Positions 50,115 through 58,819 of a stretch of 64,000 bases of DNA are shown piece after piece. A program made the position numbers and the translations under genes. The notes beneath the pieces were generated by a model, which did not search any database, was not told the DNA's origin, and was given only the letters and a program-made list of their open reading frames with translations. Each line of letters opens with the position of its first letter. The stretch's first letter is position 1. The stretch comes from a virus, in the IMG/VR virus record IMGVR_UViG_3300045921_000803, positions 2,893 to 66,892 of that record; one strand, given 5' to 3'.

Positions 50115-50845
50115 AAAATCAACAGATCATAGATAAGATTCAAAAGCTACTAGCACTTGCCAACTCTTCAAACGAGCACGAGTCACAGGCTGCTGCAAGG
50201 ATGGCTCAAACCCTTCTTACCAAGCACAACCTGACCATGACGGAGATCGAGAAGGAATCAAGCGACTACACCTCAGAGCTTGTGGATACCGGTAGGCAAC
50301 GACAGGACCCAGCTTGGAAGTTCATACAGAGCCTTCTCCGAGAGTTCTTCTTCATAGAGATAGTGCAGACCAAGCGAAAAGACATGGATAAAAATTACAA
50401 AATCGTCGAGCATCACTGCTACGTAATATTTGGTCAGCCACACAACGTGATTATTGCAAAATACGTTAGGGATTTCTTGACCCGATCTTTCCGTGACCTA
50501 TTCCTTAAATATAAGAAGGAAAGTGGAAGAAAAGACGCATCGCGCAACAGCTTCTACCTAGGTGTGTTCAAGGGTTTACATGAGCAGCTTAAAAGCGCTC
50601 GTATGGGTGCTGAGGAAGAGACAGGTCTTGTGGTTGTAAAAGATTCAAACCTTCATCAGTTCATCCAAGATAGCTTGAACGGTAAGCTCAAGAGCGTACC
50701 ATCTAAGATAGCAGTGCAGACAGACGGTCACGCCTTGAACGCAGGATATGAAGAAGGCAGGAACATGCGCATTGCTATGGGCTTGGGTGGCAACGAGACT
50801 AAGAAGGTTGGAGAAACTTTAAAACTTGGCGATGGGTCAAAATAG
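50111..50845 (+). CDS. DUF2786-domain protein
   Basis: IDKIQKLLALANSSNEHESQAAARMAQTLLTKHNL; SFYLG; GYEEG. Confidence 0.85.
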   Translation: MKNQQIIDKIQKLLALANSSNEHESQAAARMAQTLLTKHNLTMTEIEKESSDYTSELVDTGRQRQDPAWKFIQSLLREFFFIEIVQTKRKDMDKNYKIVEHHCYVIFGQPHNVIIAKYVRDFLTRSFRDLFLKYKKESGRKDASRNSFYLGVFKGLHEQLKSARMGAEEETGLVVVKDSNLHQFIQDSLNGKLKSVPSKIAVQTDGHALNAGYEEGRNMRIAMGLGGNETKKVGETLKLGDGSK

Positions 50846-50906
50846 GGCATTGATTTTTGTAAGATAGTGTAGGAAGATTAAACATAGCCCAGAAAAGAGG
50901 AGATTT

Positions 50907-51482
50907 ATGAAAAAGAAGTTATTGCTAGCCATCATGTTGGTGATGAGTTTTGGCTGTAGTCCCGATAAAGAGCTGGTCGCGATTTATAGAGGAGACGATG
51001 GTCGGGATGGTCGGGATGGTACGGACTGTAGCGTGACCAATGTTTTCGATCAGGATGACAAACATATAGGTGCAATGATAAGCTGTGGCGAGTTTCAGGT
51101 TGTAGTCTACAATGGTCAAGATGGAGAAATTGGAGCTACTGGTCCACAGGGTCCACAGGGTCCACAGGGTCCACAGGGTCCACAGGGTCCACAGGGTCCT
51201 GGAACTAGTGGTATCGGAATCGCAGGCTATATATTCCCTTGTGGTAAAGAATTCCCAAATGACGAAATCCTATTAAGACTAACAGACGGAAATATCTTGG
51301 CGCTTTACGACGGCGGACCAAACGAAGACCGATTGGTCTTACTGGCACCTGGAAACTATAAAACAACCGACCGAACAGGCAATAATCAGTGTTTTTTCAA
51401 TGTTGACAATAATCTACAGATTAACAATCAGCGCATATGCAATCCCTCAGGGAACAGTTGCACAGCCGTAACGGGAGTTTAA
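50907..51482 (+). CDS. collagen-like lipoprotein
   Basis: lipobox SFGC; GxD and (GPQ)n triplets; Cys-containing C-terminal domain. Confidence 0.8.
   Translation: MKKKLLLAIMLVMSFGCSPDKELVAIYRGDDGRDGRDGTDCSVTNVFDQDDKHIGAMISCGEFQVVVYNGQDGEIGATGPQGPQGPQGPQGPQGPQGPGTSGIGIAGYIFPCGKEFPNDEILLRLTDGNILALYDGGPNEDRLVLLAPGNYKTTDRTGNNQCFFNVDNNLQINNQRICNPSGNSCTAVTGV
51141..51199 (+). repeat. (GGTCCACAG)x6 perfect tandem repeat
   Basis: read directly; encodes GPQ collagen triplets. Confidence 0.95.
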
Positions 51483-51483
51483 T

Positions 51484-51972
51484 ATGAAATATTTATCATT
51501 ATTCTTTATTGCGATGTTAGCCCTAAACGCTCAAGCAAGTGACACATGTACTCTCTCTGAGAGCAGCGCCGAGGTTGCCGAGGAGAAGATGGAGATCAAG
51601 ACCGGTGTTCCATCCCACCTTGTAGGTGCCACGATCGTTGTCCGCCTGGCCGATGGTCGAGAGACGTCTGTGCCCGCTGAGAAGTTTAAGGTTGTTCCAC
51701 GAGTTCAGCAGTTTGTTGTTACCAAAACAAAGAAAACGGACACGCTTGTCTGTAAGGGTGAGCAGAAGAAAAACAGGGTCTCTGTCCATGCTGGTAACGG
51801 ACCTAAAGAAGGTCTTAAGAGCACAAACTATGGAACGTTCGTTGAGGTGGAGACAAACGTTGGTGCCATCGGCGGAGTGCAGTATCAGCGCTTGATCACA
51901 GACAAGATCAGCGTCAGTGGCCAGGTGCAGTCAAACGAAAGCGTTCTGATTGGTATCGGATTGGATTTCTAG
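51484..51972 (+). CDS. exported protein with C-terminal beta-strands and beta-signal (outer-membrane candidate)
   Basis: signal peptide ending AQA; ends VLIGIGLDF. Confidence 0.65.
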   Translation: MKYLSLFFIAMLALNAQASDTCTLSESSAEVAEEKMEIKTGVPSHLVGATIVVRLADGRETSVPAEKFKVVPRVQQFVVTKTKKTDTLVCKGEQKKNRVSVHAGNGPKEGLKSTNYGTFVEVETNVGAIGGVQYQRLITDKISVSGQVQSNESVLIGIGLDF

Positions 51973-51973
51973 T

Positions 51974-52234
51974 ATGAAGTCATATGTTTGGACCTATAAT
52001 AAGAACAAAAAACCGGTTGGAAAAGAGTACAACCGGTACTACCTGATCAAGAACGAGAAGCAGTTGGAAGATCTGATCGAGAAGTTTATAGAGATAGATG
52101 CGGTCATCACGCCTGCTACTCTAACTTTTCCTGTGGTGCTTGAGCTTGTGAGTGGGTTTGCTCCACAGTTTAAGATTGCGAATAAGACGGCCATCAAGAA
52201 AGAGTTGAATAAATTACAAAAGATGTTGGGATAG
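51974..52234 (+). CDS. hypothetical protein
   Basis: ORF in operon. Confidence 0.55.
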   Translation: MKSYVWTYNKNKKPVGKEYNRYYLIKNEKQLEDLIEKFIEIDAVITPATLTFPVVLELVSGFAPQFKIANKTAIKKELNKLQKMLG

Positions 52235-52237
52235 TAG

Positions 52238-52681
52238 ATGAGAACTAAGAAAGAGATCGTGAAAAATCACAAAGAGGAGTCCGAGGTTTTGGTCACAACT
52301 GCGGAAGTGATTGAGGTTGATGGTTTAAGGAAAACGCCTGAGTTTGACATTGAGTTCATGAGGGACAAGCGCGGCTGGTATGAGAGACTCATCATGAAGG
52401 CGAGCGCGTCCAAGGGTTCGGTTTGGACCAGTCAGAATAAGGGCACGGAGCGTCTTAGGATTGAAAGTTTTGATATGGACCTTAAGATCACACTGGCAAA
52501 GACAGCCAATAGGAAAGAACAAGTTATAGAGATGAGCTTCTGCGACCTGTGCGACATCGTTACAGGCTTCATGGTGATGAACGAGTTTTACAAGAAGAGA
52601 ACTGGCCGTGATATGTACACGCCTGAAGAGATCAGGAAGATTGTAACAAAAACCATCAAGCGATCGAAAGGAAAGAAATAA
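52238..52681 (+). CDS. hypothetical protein
   Basis: 147-aa ORF. Confidence 0.6.
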   Translation: MRTKKEIVKNHKEESEVLVTTAEVIEVDGLRKTPEFDIEFMRDKRGWYERLIMKASASKGSVWTSQNKGTERLRIESFDMDLKITLAKTANRKEQVIEMSFCDLCDIVTGFMVMNEFYKKRTGRDMYTPEEIRKIVTKTIKRSKGKK

Positions 52682-52682
52682 C

Positions 52683-52856
52683 ATGCTGGCCTACATATTC
52701 CTGTTTGTTTACAACATGACCCTTCTGGGTGGAACCGCCTACATCATCACCTTCCACGGTTGGTCGCCATGGTGGATGCTCATGCCGCTCCTATTGGTTA
52801 TGACCTTCAGTAACGCCGAGAAGTCTCAATTTAAGAAAACGAAGAAGAAAAGTTGA
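52683..52856 (+). CDS. small membrane protein (57 aa, not in ORF track)
   Basis: MLAYIFLFVYNM...GWSPWW...KKTKKKS. Confidence 0.55.
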   Translation: MLAYIFLFVYNMTLLGGTAYIITFHGWSPWWMLMPLLLVMTFSNAEKSQFKKTKKKS

Positions 52857-52903
52857 TTTTGTAATTATTGCAAGCTATCCTGTATCTATCAGGAGGCAAC
52901 ATG
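52851..52903 (+). promoter_or_regulatory. promoter plus RBS cassette, copy 1
   Basis: TTGATT-17-TATCCT...AGGAGG-ATG; 47/53 identical to 57996..58048. Confidence 0.75.
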
Positions 52904-52922
52904 AACTTAAAAGGAGAAAACA

Positions 52923-53609
52923 GTGAAAGCATTTCACAATGACGAAAAAGTTAAACAAAAATATCTAAACCGAATATTGGCTCACCAAGCCGCCGATGAA
53001 ATTATCAAAGGCAAGTACTGGGAGAACGGTAAAGGCTGTGCCGTGGGATGTACAATTCATAGCGACGACCATTCAGCATACGAGACCGAGCTTGGCATAC
53101 CTAAGTGGCTAGCAAGATTAGAAGATAGAATTTTTGAGGGTCTACCAAATGATGAGGCCAAAAACTTTCCGTCGCTATTTCTGGATGCAATCAATGTTGG
53201 CGCAGACTTAAATAAAATTAAGATACCGATGCTTATTTTTATTGTCGAGTCTGTCAGAACACATACTAAAAACGAAAGATCACTTGCTGCGATTGACAGC
53301 GTTTTATTTGAACTACGGAAAGATATTTTAGATCTAGAGGCAATAAAAAAAGCTTATGCCGCTGCTTATGATGCTTATGCTGCTGTTTATGCTGTTACTT
53401 ATGCTTCTGATTATGCCACTGCTTATCCTTCTTATGCTGCTGCTTATGCTGCTGCTGCTGCTTATGCTGCTGACGCTGCTTATGTTGATGCTTATGTTGC
53501 TGCTACTGCTGCGGCTACTGCTGCTGCTGCTTATGCTGCTGATGATTCTGAAAAAGAATACAGCAAATTTGCCAATAAACTTTTGGAACTAATTAGGGGG
53601 TGCAAATGA
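52923..53609 (+). CDS. hypothetical protein with Ala/Tyr low-complexity insert, paralog 2
   Basis: paralog of 46246..46914; GTG start with AGGAG RBS. Confidence 0.8.
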   Translation: MKAFHNDEKVKQKYLNRILAHQAADEIIKGKYWENGKGCAVGCTIHSDDHSAYETELGIPKWLARLEDRIFEGLPNDEAKNFPSLFLDAINVGADLNKIKIPMLIFIVESVRTHTKNERSLAAIDSVLFELRKDILDLEAIKKAYAAAYDAYAAVYAVTYASDYATAYPSYAAAYAAAAAYAADAAYVDAYVAATAAATAAAAYAADDSEKEYSKFANKLLELIRGCK

Positions 53610-53896
53610 ATTCCGAACGCGACAAGGCGGCTGAAGAGTATGCCGATAGAATAATGAACACGCTGGAAGACGCCGACGCAAGAGCTAGATCGTTTAAAGC
53701 AGGATGGGATGCCGCTTTGAAGTCGTCAGTGGTGATGGGGCTGGTAAACCTATCTAAACATCCTGATTTCGAAGAGTTATCGTGTGAATGCGGATATTAT
53801 GGCGAAGATACTGAAGAAACCGGGATGAGTATTTGTTTTAAGTGCGCAATTGCTGAAGCCCTTTCCTTATATCGCGACACTGTGGGGGATGAGTGA
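53606..53896 (+). CDS. hypothetical protein
   Basis: FKAGWDAA motif; CEC/CFKC. Confidence 0.6.
   Translation: MNSERDKAAEEYADRIMNTLEDADARARSFKAGWDAALKSSVVMGLVNLSKHPDFEELSCECGYYGEDTEETGMSICFKCAIAEALSLYRDTVGDE
53856..53896. repeat. 41-bp direct repeat, second copy at 55072..55112
   Basis: 39/41 identical; flanks the octapeptide-repeat gene. Confidence 0.9.
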
Positions 53897-53922
53897 GTAA
53901 ATTAAAACATAATGGAGGGGAA

Positions 53923-55014
53923 ATGAAAACTGTAGTAATCAAAAAACAATCTGATTTAGATGCTTTGCCAGACAGTTTTGAAGAGTTCACGACAATCGAA
54001 ATCAGGTCGGAAAATTCAGACTGGCTTTATGTAAAAAAGGCCTTGGGCAATTCCAATGTCGTCGCCTTTGGCAATTCCAGCGTCGAGGCTAGGGACAACT
54101 CCAGCGTCGTGGCTAGGGACAACTCCAGCGTCGTGGCTAGGGACAACTCCAGCGTTGAGGCTAGGGACAACTCTAGGGTCGTGGCCTGGGATAATTCCAG
54201 CGTTGAGGCCTGGGACAATTCTAGGGTCGTCGCCTTTGGCAATTCCAGCGTCGAGGCTAGGGGCAATTCCAGCGTCGAGGCTAGGGACAACTCCAGCGTC
54301 GTGGCTTGGAACAATTCCAGCGTCGAGGCTAGGGACAACTCCAGCGTCGTGGCTTGGAACAATTCCAGCGTCGTGGCTTTGGGCAAATCTAGGGTCCAGC
54401 TTTTTATTTCTGCTTACGCGATAGTGCTTTCATCAAAAGTTTTAATTAAAAAACTCTTGGACTACTCGACAGCAGTGTTCAAGGGATGCCCTGTCAATGT
54501 TGAGGAAAAATCAAACACCTCTCATGTTCGGGAAATCCCAAAACAAATTGAGCCGTCGTTTGAAGAATGGATAAGGCGTGGTTATGTTTACGCTGACGGC
54601 ATCTGCAAAAAGCTAAAGTCACAGAAAAAGATCGGTGAAATAGAGGTTTTTGAATGCGAAGAGATACTACAGAAAACCATAAGCTATGTCGTTAAGCGTA
54701 ATGACAAATTCTCCCATGGCGAGACGATTGAAAAGGCCATTGAAGATTTGCGTTACAAGGTTTCTGGAAGAGACGTTTCAGAATTTGAGTCATGGAAGGA
54801 TAACCCAGACCAAGAGGTCACAATAGATGACGCAATTGCCGCCTATAGGACAATCACTGGCGCTTGCGAGTTTGGGGTAAAAGAATTTGTTAAATCAATC
54901 GAAGTTCCAAAAAAGCTAACGCCAAGGTTGATTTTGAAAATAACTAAAGGCCATTTTGGAAACGATGATTTTAAGAAATTTTTGGCAGATGGCGGATTGG
55001 ACCGCACGGAATGA
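53923..55014 (+). CDS. octapeptide-repeat (NSSVxAxD) beta-solenoid protein
   Basis: about 14 24-nt units at ~54050-54395; C-terminal YRTITGACEFG motif; start moved to ATG after GGAGG. Confidence 0.8.
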   Translation: MKTVVIKKQSDLDALPDSFEEFTTIEIRSENSDWLYVKKALGNSNVVAFGNSSVEARDNSSVVARDNSSVVARDNSSVEARDNSRVVAWDNSSVEAWDNSRVVAFGNSSVEARGNSSVEARDNSSVVAWNNSSVEARDNSSVVAWNNSSVVALGKSRVQLFISAYAIVLSSKVLIKKLLDYSTAVFKGCPVNVEEKSNTSHVREIPKQIEPSFEEWIRRGYVYADGICKKLKSQKKIGEIEVFECEEILQKTISYVVKRNDKFSHGETIEKAIEDLRYKVSGRDVSEFESWKDNPDQEVTIDDAIAAYRTITGACEFGVKEFVKSIEVPKKLTPRLILKITKGHFGNDDFKKFLADGGLDRTE

Positions 55015-55112
55015 ACAGCAAAGTCCACTGCGCACCTGTCAGGCTAAGCCCAATAACGGAGCGGACAGGACAAGCCCTTTCCTTGTATCGCAACACTGTG
55101 GGGGATGAGTGA
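55011..55112 (+). CDS. 33-aa mini-ORF or remnant sharing its C-terminus with 53606..53896
   Basis: ends ALSLYRNTVGDE versus ALSLYRDTVGDE. Confidence 0.4.
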   Translation: MNSKVHCAPVRLSPITERTGQALSLYRNTVGDE

Positions 55113-55330
55113 AACGAATAGATTGGGACAAATGGAATTACAAAGAACTGGAAGAGCAGAACAAAATTCTTTCTATCGCCCTTATCGAGCTTGCTGATGC
55201 GCTTGAATGTTATGCTTATGGTAAACAATCTGGCATGCCATTAAGTAAAATGGAATCTGTGGCTGGAGAAACCCTAGCCAAACACCGCGACGTTGTTCAG
55301 GCTGCGAGGGAAGCTAAAGGTGATTTATGA
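55109..55330 (+). CDS. hypothetical protein
   Basis: GTGA coupling. Confidence 0.55.
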   Translation: MKRIDWDKWNYKELEEQNKILSIALIELADALECYAYGKQSGMPLSKMESVAGETLAKHRDVVQAAREAKGDL

Positions 55331-55698
55331 GCGACCGAAATGATAGGCTAACAAAAGCCGTAACCAAAATTCAAAATCGAATAAACGAATGGACAGAAGT
55401 TAGATGCGAAGAGTTTATTGCTCAGCTAAAAAAGTCAGGAGACGTTTTTATTGCCCATGCCCCATCCAACAGAATCGTTACTGAAAACGATATAGATAAA
55501 ACAAAAACAATAAACATCAAGGCTCATAATTTGATTTGTTACCAGCCATATCGTGAAGCGATTATCTTAAGGAATAAACTCGAAGCCAGCGAACGTGCGC
55601 TTAGGAAAGCGGCTGAGCTACTTAAAACTAGCACAAGTGTAATGGGCAAAGACATGACCGTTGACCAAATAGTCGAATGGCTGAAGGATGACAAATGA
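55327..55698 (+). CDS. hypothetical protein
   Basis: ATGA coupling; C-terminal block shared with 56333..56635. Confidence 0.6.
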   Translation: MSDRNDRLTKAVTKIQNRINEWTEVRCEEFIAQLKKSGDVFIAHAPSNRIVTENDIDKTKTINIKAHNLICYQPYREAIILRNKLEASERALRKAAELLKTSTSVMGKDMTVDQIVEWLKDDK

Positions 55699-55889
55699 GT
55701 AGGCAGCTCAAAGAGCGATCAGATAGCGAACTATGTATAAGCCTATCAGAGGCAGCCTTGATAATCTCTAAAGAGAAGCAGAGACGAGGGCTTGCTCGTC
55801 TTTTCCTGGATGGTAAGATCAGCGAAGAGCAGAAGCAAACCCTAGAAATTCTACACGAAGAGTTGAAACAATATTATATTGTATTTTAG
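55695..55889 (+). CDS. hypothetical protein
   Basis: ATGA coupling. Confidence 0.55.
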   Translation: MSRQLKERSDSELCISLSEAALIISKEKQRRGLARLFLDGKISEEQKQTLEILHEELKQYYIVF

Positions 55890-55926
55890 GGATATTTGTG
55901 ATAGTTTGATGTCAGGGGAGTGGCAG

Positions 55927-56130
55927 ATGAGTAGGCAGACTAAAAAACATGTTGGCCCTGACCGTCTGGCAAGACCGGAGGTTACCAAGCATCATAATGC
56001 TACTGTGGTGTCGGATACGGAGAATGAGTTGATCGAGTTTTTCAAACCTTATGCAAAACTCAACAAATACGTCAGTGTGGACACGGGCAATTTGCTTCAC
56101 AACAAAGAAGAAGAAGAGAAGAACAAATGA
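55927..56130 (+). CDS. hypothetical protein
   Basis: GGGGAG RBS. Confidence 0.5.
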   Translation: MSRQTKKHVGPDRLARPEVTKHHNATVVSDTENELIEFFKPYAKLNKYVSVDTGNLLHNKEEEEKNK

Positions 56131-56336
56131 GTCATCTGGCAATGACTGAAGAACAATTACAAGAGTTCATACAGAAGATTGCCAACACAGGCGGGGAAGC
56201 ACCCAGCCGAGTGGTTAGTTATAAGCATTATAAAGTGATCGAGTCTATGGTTGCCGATGGGCTTATCAGTGGAGCCCCATATTCAGAATTCAGTGCCTTT
56301 GAAGAATTTACAAAAAGAATGAGGGATGCAAAATGA
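56127..56336 (+). CDS. hypothetical protein
   Basis: ATGA coupling. Confidence 0.55.
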   Translation: MSHLAMTEEQLQEFIQKIANTGGEAPSRVVSYKHYKVIESMVADGLISGAPYSEFSAFEEFTKRMRDAK

Positions 56337-56635
56337 GCGATAAGCACGAAAAGGACACGAATAAAGGTGATGATCTTCACGCTTTGGACACGAATCCGAA
56401 GGAGTTTTGGATTGACCTATCGTATTCTAATGAAGAGGTCTTAATATCCACACATAAAACAAACATGGATAAAAAGTACTGGGAATCATTCCACACAATC
56501 GAATACTCGGCCTATGAAGCCAGCGAGAAAGCATTAAGGAAGGCTGCTGAGATTATCCTTGAAGAGTCGTTAAACAGAAATGGGGCTTGGAAGTCAGTCG
56601 AAGATGTTCTATCCTATCTTAGGGGCAACAAATGA
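56333..56635 (+). CDS. hypothetical protein
   Basis: ATGA coupling. Confidence 0.6.
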   Translation: MSDKHEKDTNKGDDLHALDTNPKEFWIDLSYSNEEVLISTHKTNMDKKYWESFHTIEYSAYEASEKALRKAAEIILEESLNRNGAWKSVEDVLSYLRGNK

Positions 56636-56937
56636 AAATATTATACGAGTTTTGCAAGCGACACCGGGTCGACCACACAGGCACAATATGTAGCGAATGT
56701 TTTGAATTATACAAAAAGCAAGCTAAGAGGCGACAAATGAAAACAGTAGCGCAGATCTTGAAGAAAACTAAGCTTGGCGATGTCCTGGTCTCAGGGGTCT
56801 ACAAGTGGGTGATCGTTGATAAGGACTTCGATGGGGCCACCATCGCAAAGCCTGCAAACAAGCGCACAAGCTTTGAACTTTGGTCCGTAGGGGTTGAAAG
56901 TGTGGCTGTGATCCCAGGACTAAAGGTGAAAAGATGA
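56632..56937 (+). CDS. hypothetical protein
   Basis: ATGA coupling; alternative start at internal MKTVAQ. Confidence 0.55.
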   Translation: MKILYEFCKRHRVDHTGTICSECFELYKKQAKRRQMKTVAQILKKTKLGDVLVSGVYKWVIVDKDFDGATIAKPANKRTSFELWSVGVESVAVIPGLKVKR

Positions 56938-57086
56938 GTGAGCCAGTATCAAAACCAAAAGAGTGGAAATTTAAAATAATCGGCGTTGAGCTTGGCAGTG
57001 ATATTATCTGGAATGGCAACTTCAATATGGACATGAGTCCCGACGATTCGGTTTATTTAAACATTGTAGAATTTACAAAAAATTAG
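56934..57086 (+). CDS. small hypothetical protein (50 aa, not in ORF track)
   Basis: ATGA coupling; ends IVEFTKN. Confidence 0.5.
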   Translation: MSEPVSKPKEWKFKIIGVELGSDIIWNGNFNMDMSPDDSVYLNIVEFTKN

Positions 57087-57100
57087 AAGGAGTAGATTAG

Positions 57101-57295
57101 ATGGAACGAACAAGCCTAACAGGACTTTCATACGAGCAGAAGCGAGATAGGTTTGAATACTTCCTTATGGTTTACAAGACCACCAACGCCTGCATGTCTG
57201 ATTCAGCAAGGGCCGCAAAGCTTAAGCCAGACACAGCCTCCAGGTGGTTTGACAAGTGGGTCAAGGGACAAATTTTTACTGAGGTGGTTAGATGA
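57101..57295 (+). CDS. small HTH-like protein
   Basis: AAGGAG RBS; MSDSARAAKLKPDTASRW HTH-like. Confidence 0.55.
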   Translation: MERTSLTGLSYEQKRDRFEYFLMVYKTTNACMSDSARAAKLKPDTASRWFDKWVKGQIFTEVVR

Positions 57296-57438
57296 AACGC
57301 TACAGACTTATGACGGAGATCGGCCAATACCCTGTAGGAACCCTGTTCACGTTTGAGCAGAAACACAGGCTAATGGAAAGCTTGCCATGGCACATGACCC
57401 GTGCTATCCTTTGGGAAACGGTCGAGATATGGCACTAG
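57292..57438 (+). CDS. small hypothetical protein (48 aa, not in ORF track)
   Basis: GAGGT RBS; a diverged copy of its end at 60070 preserves this frame. Confidence 0.6.
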   Translation: MKRYRLMTEIGQYPVGTLFTFEQKHRLMESLPWHMTRAILWETVEIWH

Positions 57439-57446
57439 GAGGGAAG

Positions 57447-57632
57447 ATGAAAATTGTATGGGTAGTACAGCTTAAAGGCCAAAAAGTTTTATGGGAAACT
57501 TTTCGGGAAGCATGGGAGGACTATTCCCTTCATAAAAATGACTCAGGACTGTTTTCGAATCCGGCATGGATTTATCCAAGATTAATATCTAAAGTTAGAT
57601 TTGACCAACTAAAAGAACACAACGGATGGTAG
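57447..57632 (+). CDS. hypothetical protein
   Basis: AGGAGG RBS. Confidence 0.6.
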   Translation: MKIVWVVQLKGQKVLWETFREAWEDYSLHKNDSGLFSNPAWIYPRLISKVRFDQLKEHNGW

Positions 57633-57636
57633 GACT

Positions 57637-57768
57637 ATGAAGTGGCTTGCTAATTTTGTTTTTGGCAAACAATGTGAACACTGTGGTGTTCGAGGTCATC
57701 TTGATCGCAGGACTGATGGCTGGAAGTTTTATAACTGGTGTCAGTGGTGCTATAAGAGGAGCGAATGA
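57637..57768 (+). CDS. small Zn-finger-like protein (43 aa, not in ORF track)
   Basis: CEHC...CQWC; AGGA RBS. Confidence 0.55.
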   Translation: MKWLANFVFGKQCEHCGVRGHLDRRTDGWKFYNWCQWCYKRSE

Positions 57769-58001
57769 TATCTTGGGAACACGCCCTAATTCAGGAAGAA
57801 AACAAGAACGGACCAAAGTTTGTTCTGGTCACAGACTATCATAGCCTACACCTGAAGGGCCATCTCAGATCAATACACAAGCCAGGTATGATCAAGCACC
57901 TATTTCAGCATCTAATGCTATACGTAAGAGCTAAGAGCCTTGGCCTGCCTAAGCTGTCTCTTGATGAGATAATCAAAGCACAAAATGAAAGAGATAGTTG
58001 A
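57765..58001 (+). CDS. hypothetical protein
   Basis: ATGA coupling; GAGGAG RBS. Confidence 0.55.
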   Translation: MISWEHALIQEENKNGPKFVLVTDYHSLHLKGHLRSIHKPGMIKHLFQHLMLYVRAKSLGLPKLSLDEIIKAQNERDS

Positions 58002-58048
58002 TTTTGTAAGTATTACACGCTATCCTGTATTCATCAGGAGGCAATATG
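57996..58048 (+). promoter_or_regulatory. promoter plus RBS cassette, copy 2
   Basis: TTGATT-17-TATCCT...AGGAGG-ATG; near-identical to 52851..52903. Confidence 0.75.
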
Positions 58049-58333
58049 GATAAAGTTACAAATATCACGGTAGCGTTCAAAGGCAAGAAGAAAAGAGCTA
58101 GAAAGATCGACTTCCATGTGGAGCGACTTAGCCAAATCTTTGATGTAAAGCACCAAGTGTTAACGCCCGAAGATTTTAATAAATATGAGCGCATGGCTTG
58201 GGATCTTATTGACACTCTTGGTTATAAAGAAGTTACTGCTGGATCTATAAATGTAAATTATGGTACTAATGAAGGCGGTATCTTGTCTATAGAGCTTTTA
58301 CCTAAGCAAAAACAGTTAATTATGAGGGGGTAA
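58046..58333 (+). CDS. hypothetical protein
   Basis: strong RBS and promoter upstream. Confidence 0.65.
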   Translation: MDKVTNITVAFKGKKKRARKIDFHVERLSQIFDVKHQVLTPEDFNKYERMAWDLIDTLGYKEVTAGSINVNYGTNEGGILSIELLPKQKQLIMRG

Positions 58334-58425
58334 TATGTTACAGCCTTCCAGGCCATGGAATATCTACATAAGAAAAGAACTGGACGAATTGGCAAGACAC
58401 CTGTTAAGATCGGGAAGGTAAAGAC

Positions 58426-58503
58426 GAGGAAGTTAAAATAAGGAGGTTTAAGAGGAAGTTAAAATAAGGAGGTTTAAGAGGAAGTTAAAATAAGGAGGTT
58501 TAA
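58426..58503 (+). repeat. 26-bp perfect tandem repeat x3, each unit containing TAAGGAGGT
   Basis: GAGGAAGTTAAAATAAGGAGGTTTAA x3, immediately followed by ATG 58504. Confidence 0.95.
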
Positions 58504-58806
58504 ATGGATAGCTGGAAATACAGGAAAATGTGGGAAGAGATACGTAGCGAACTTGATCGCATCTTCTTGCCTCTAACTAAAGATGGTCATCATCTTCATA
58601 TAAGTAAGGATTTCTCAACGGCCCACCTTGCTTTGATCTTAAAGGACAGTAAGACACATATGGACTGGATCTGGTTTAATCCTACGAAATCAATCTCACG
58701 AGATCAACTGCTAAGCCTGGTAAAGGTCACGCCTCCGATATCTACAGACGAGGAGCTGAAATCTTTCATAAGATCCTTGCGGTTTGTAGTAGATCAAGAA
58801 ACTTAA
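58504..58806 (+). CDS. hypothetical protein
   Basis: perfect SD upstream. Confidence 0.65.
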   Translation: MDSWKYRKMWEEIRSELDRIFLPLTKDGHHLHISKDFSTAHLALILKDSKTHMDWIWFNPTKSISRDQLLSLVKVTPPISTDEELKSFIRSLRFVVDQET

Positions 58807-58819
58807 GGAGGGGCATAAC

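Noticed and set aside
54027-54424. Repeat ORFs in other frames (TTLELSLA; TPASWLG)
   Set aside because: Shadows of the 24-nt repeat in the 53923..55014 gene; no RBS
57540-57570. TTCGAATCC tRNA T-loop-like motif
   Set aside because: Lies inside a CDS with no flanking T-stem or acceptor stem
58426-58503. CRISPR array
   Set aside because: Repeats are head-to-tail with no spacers and there are no cas genes
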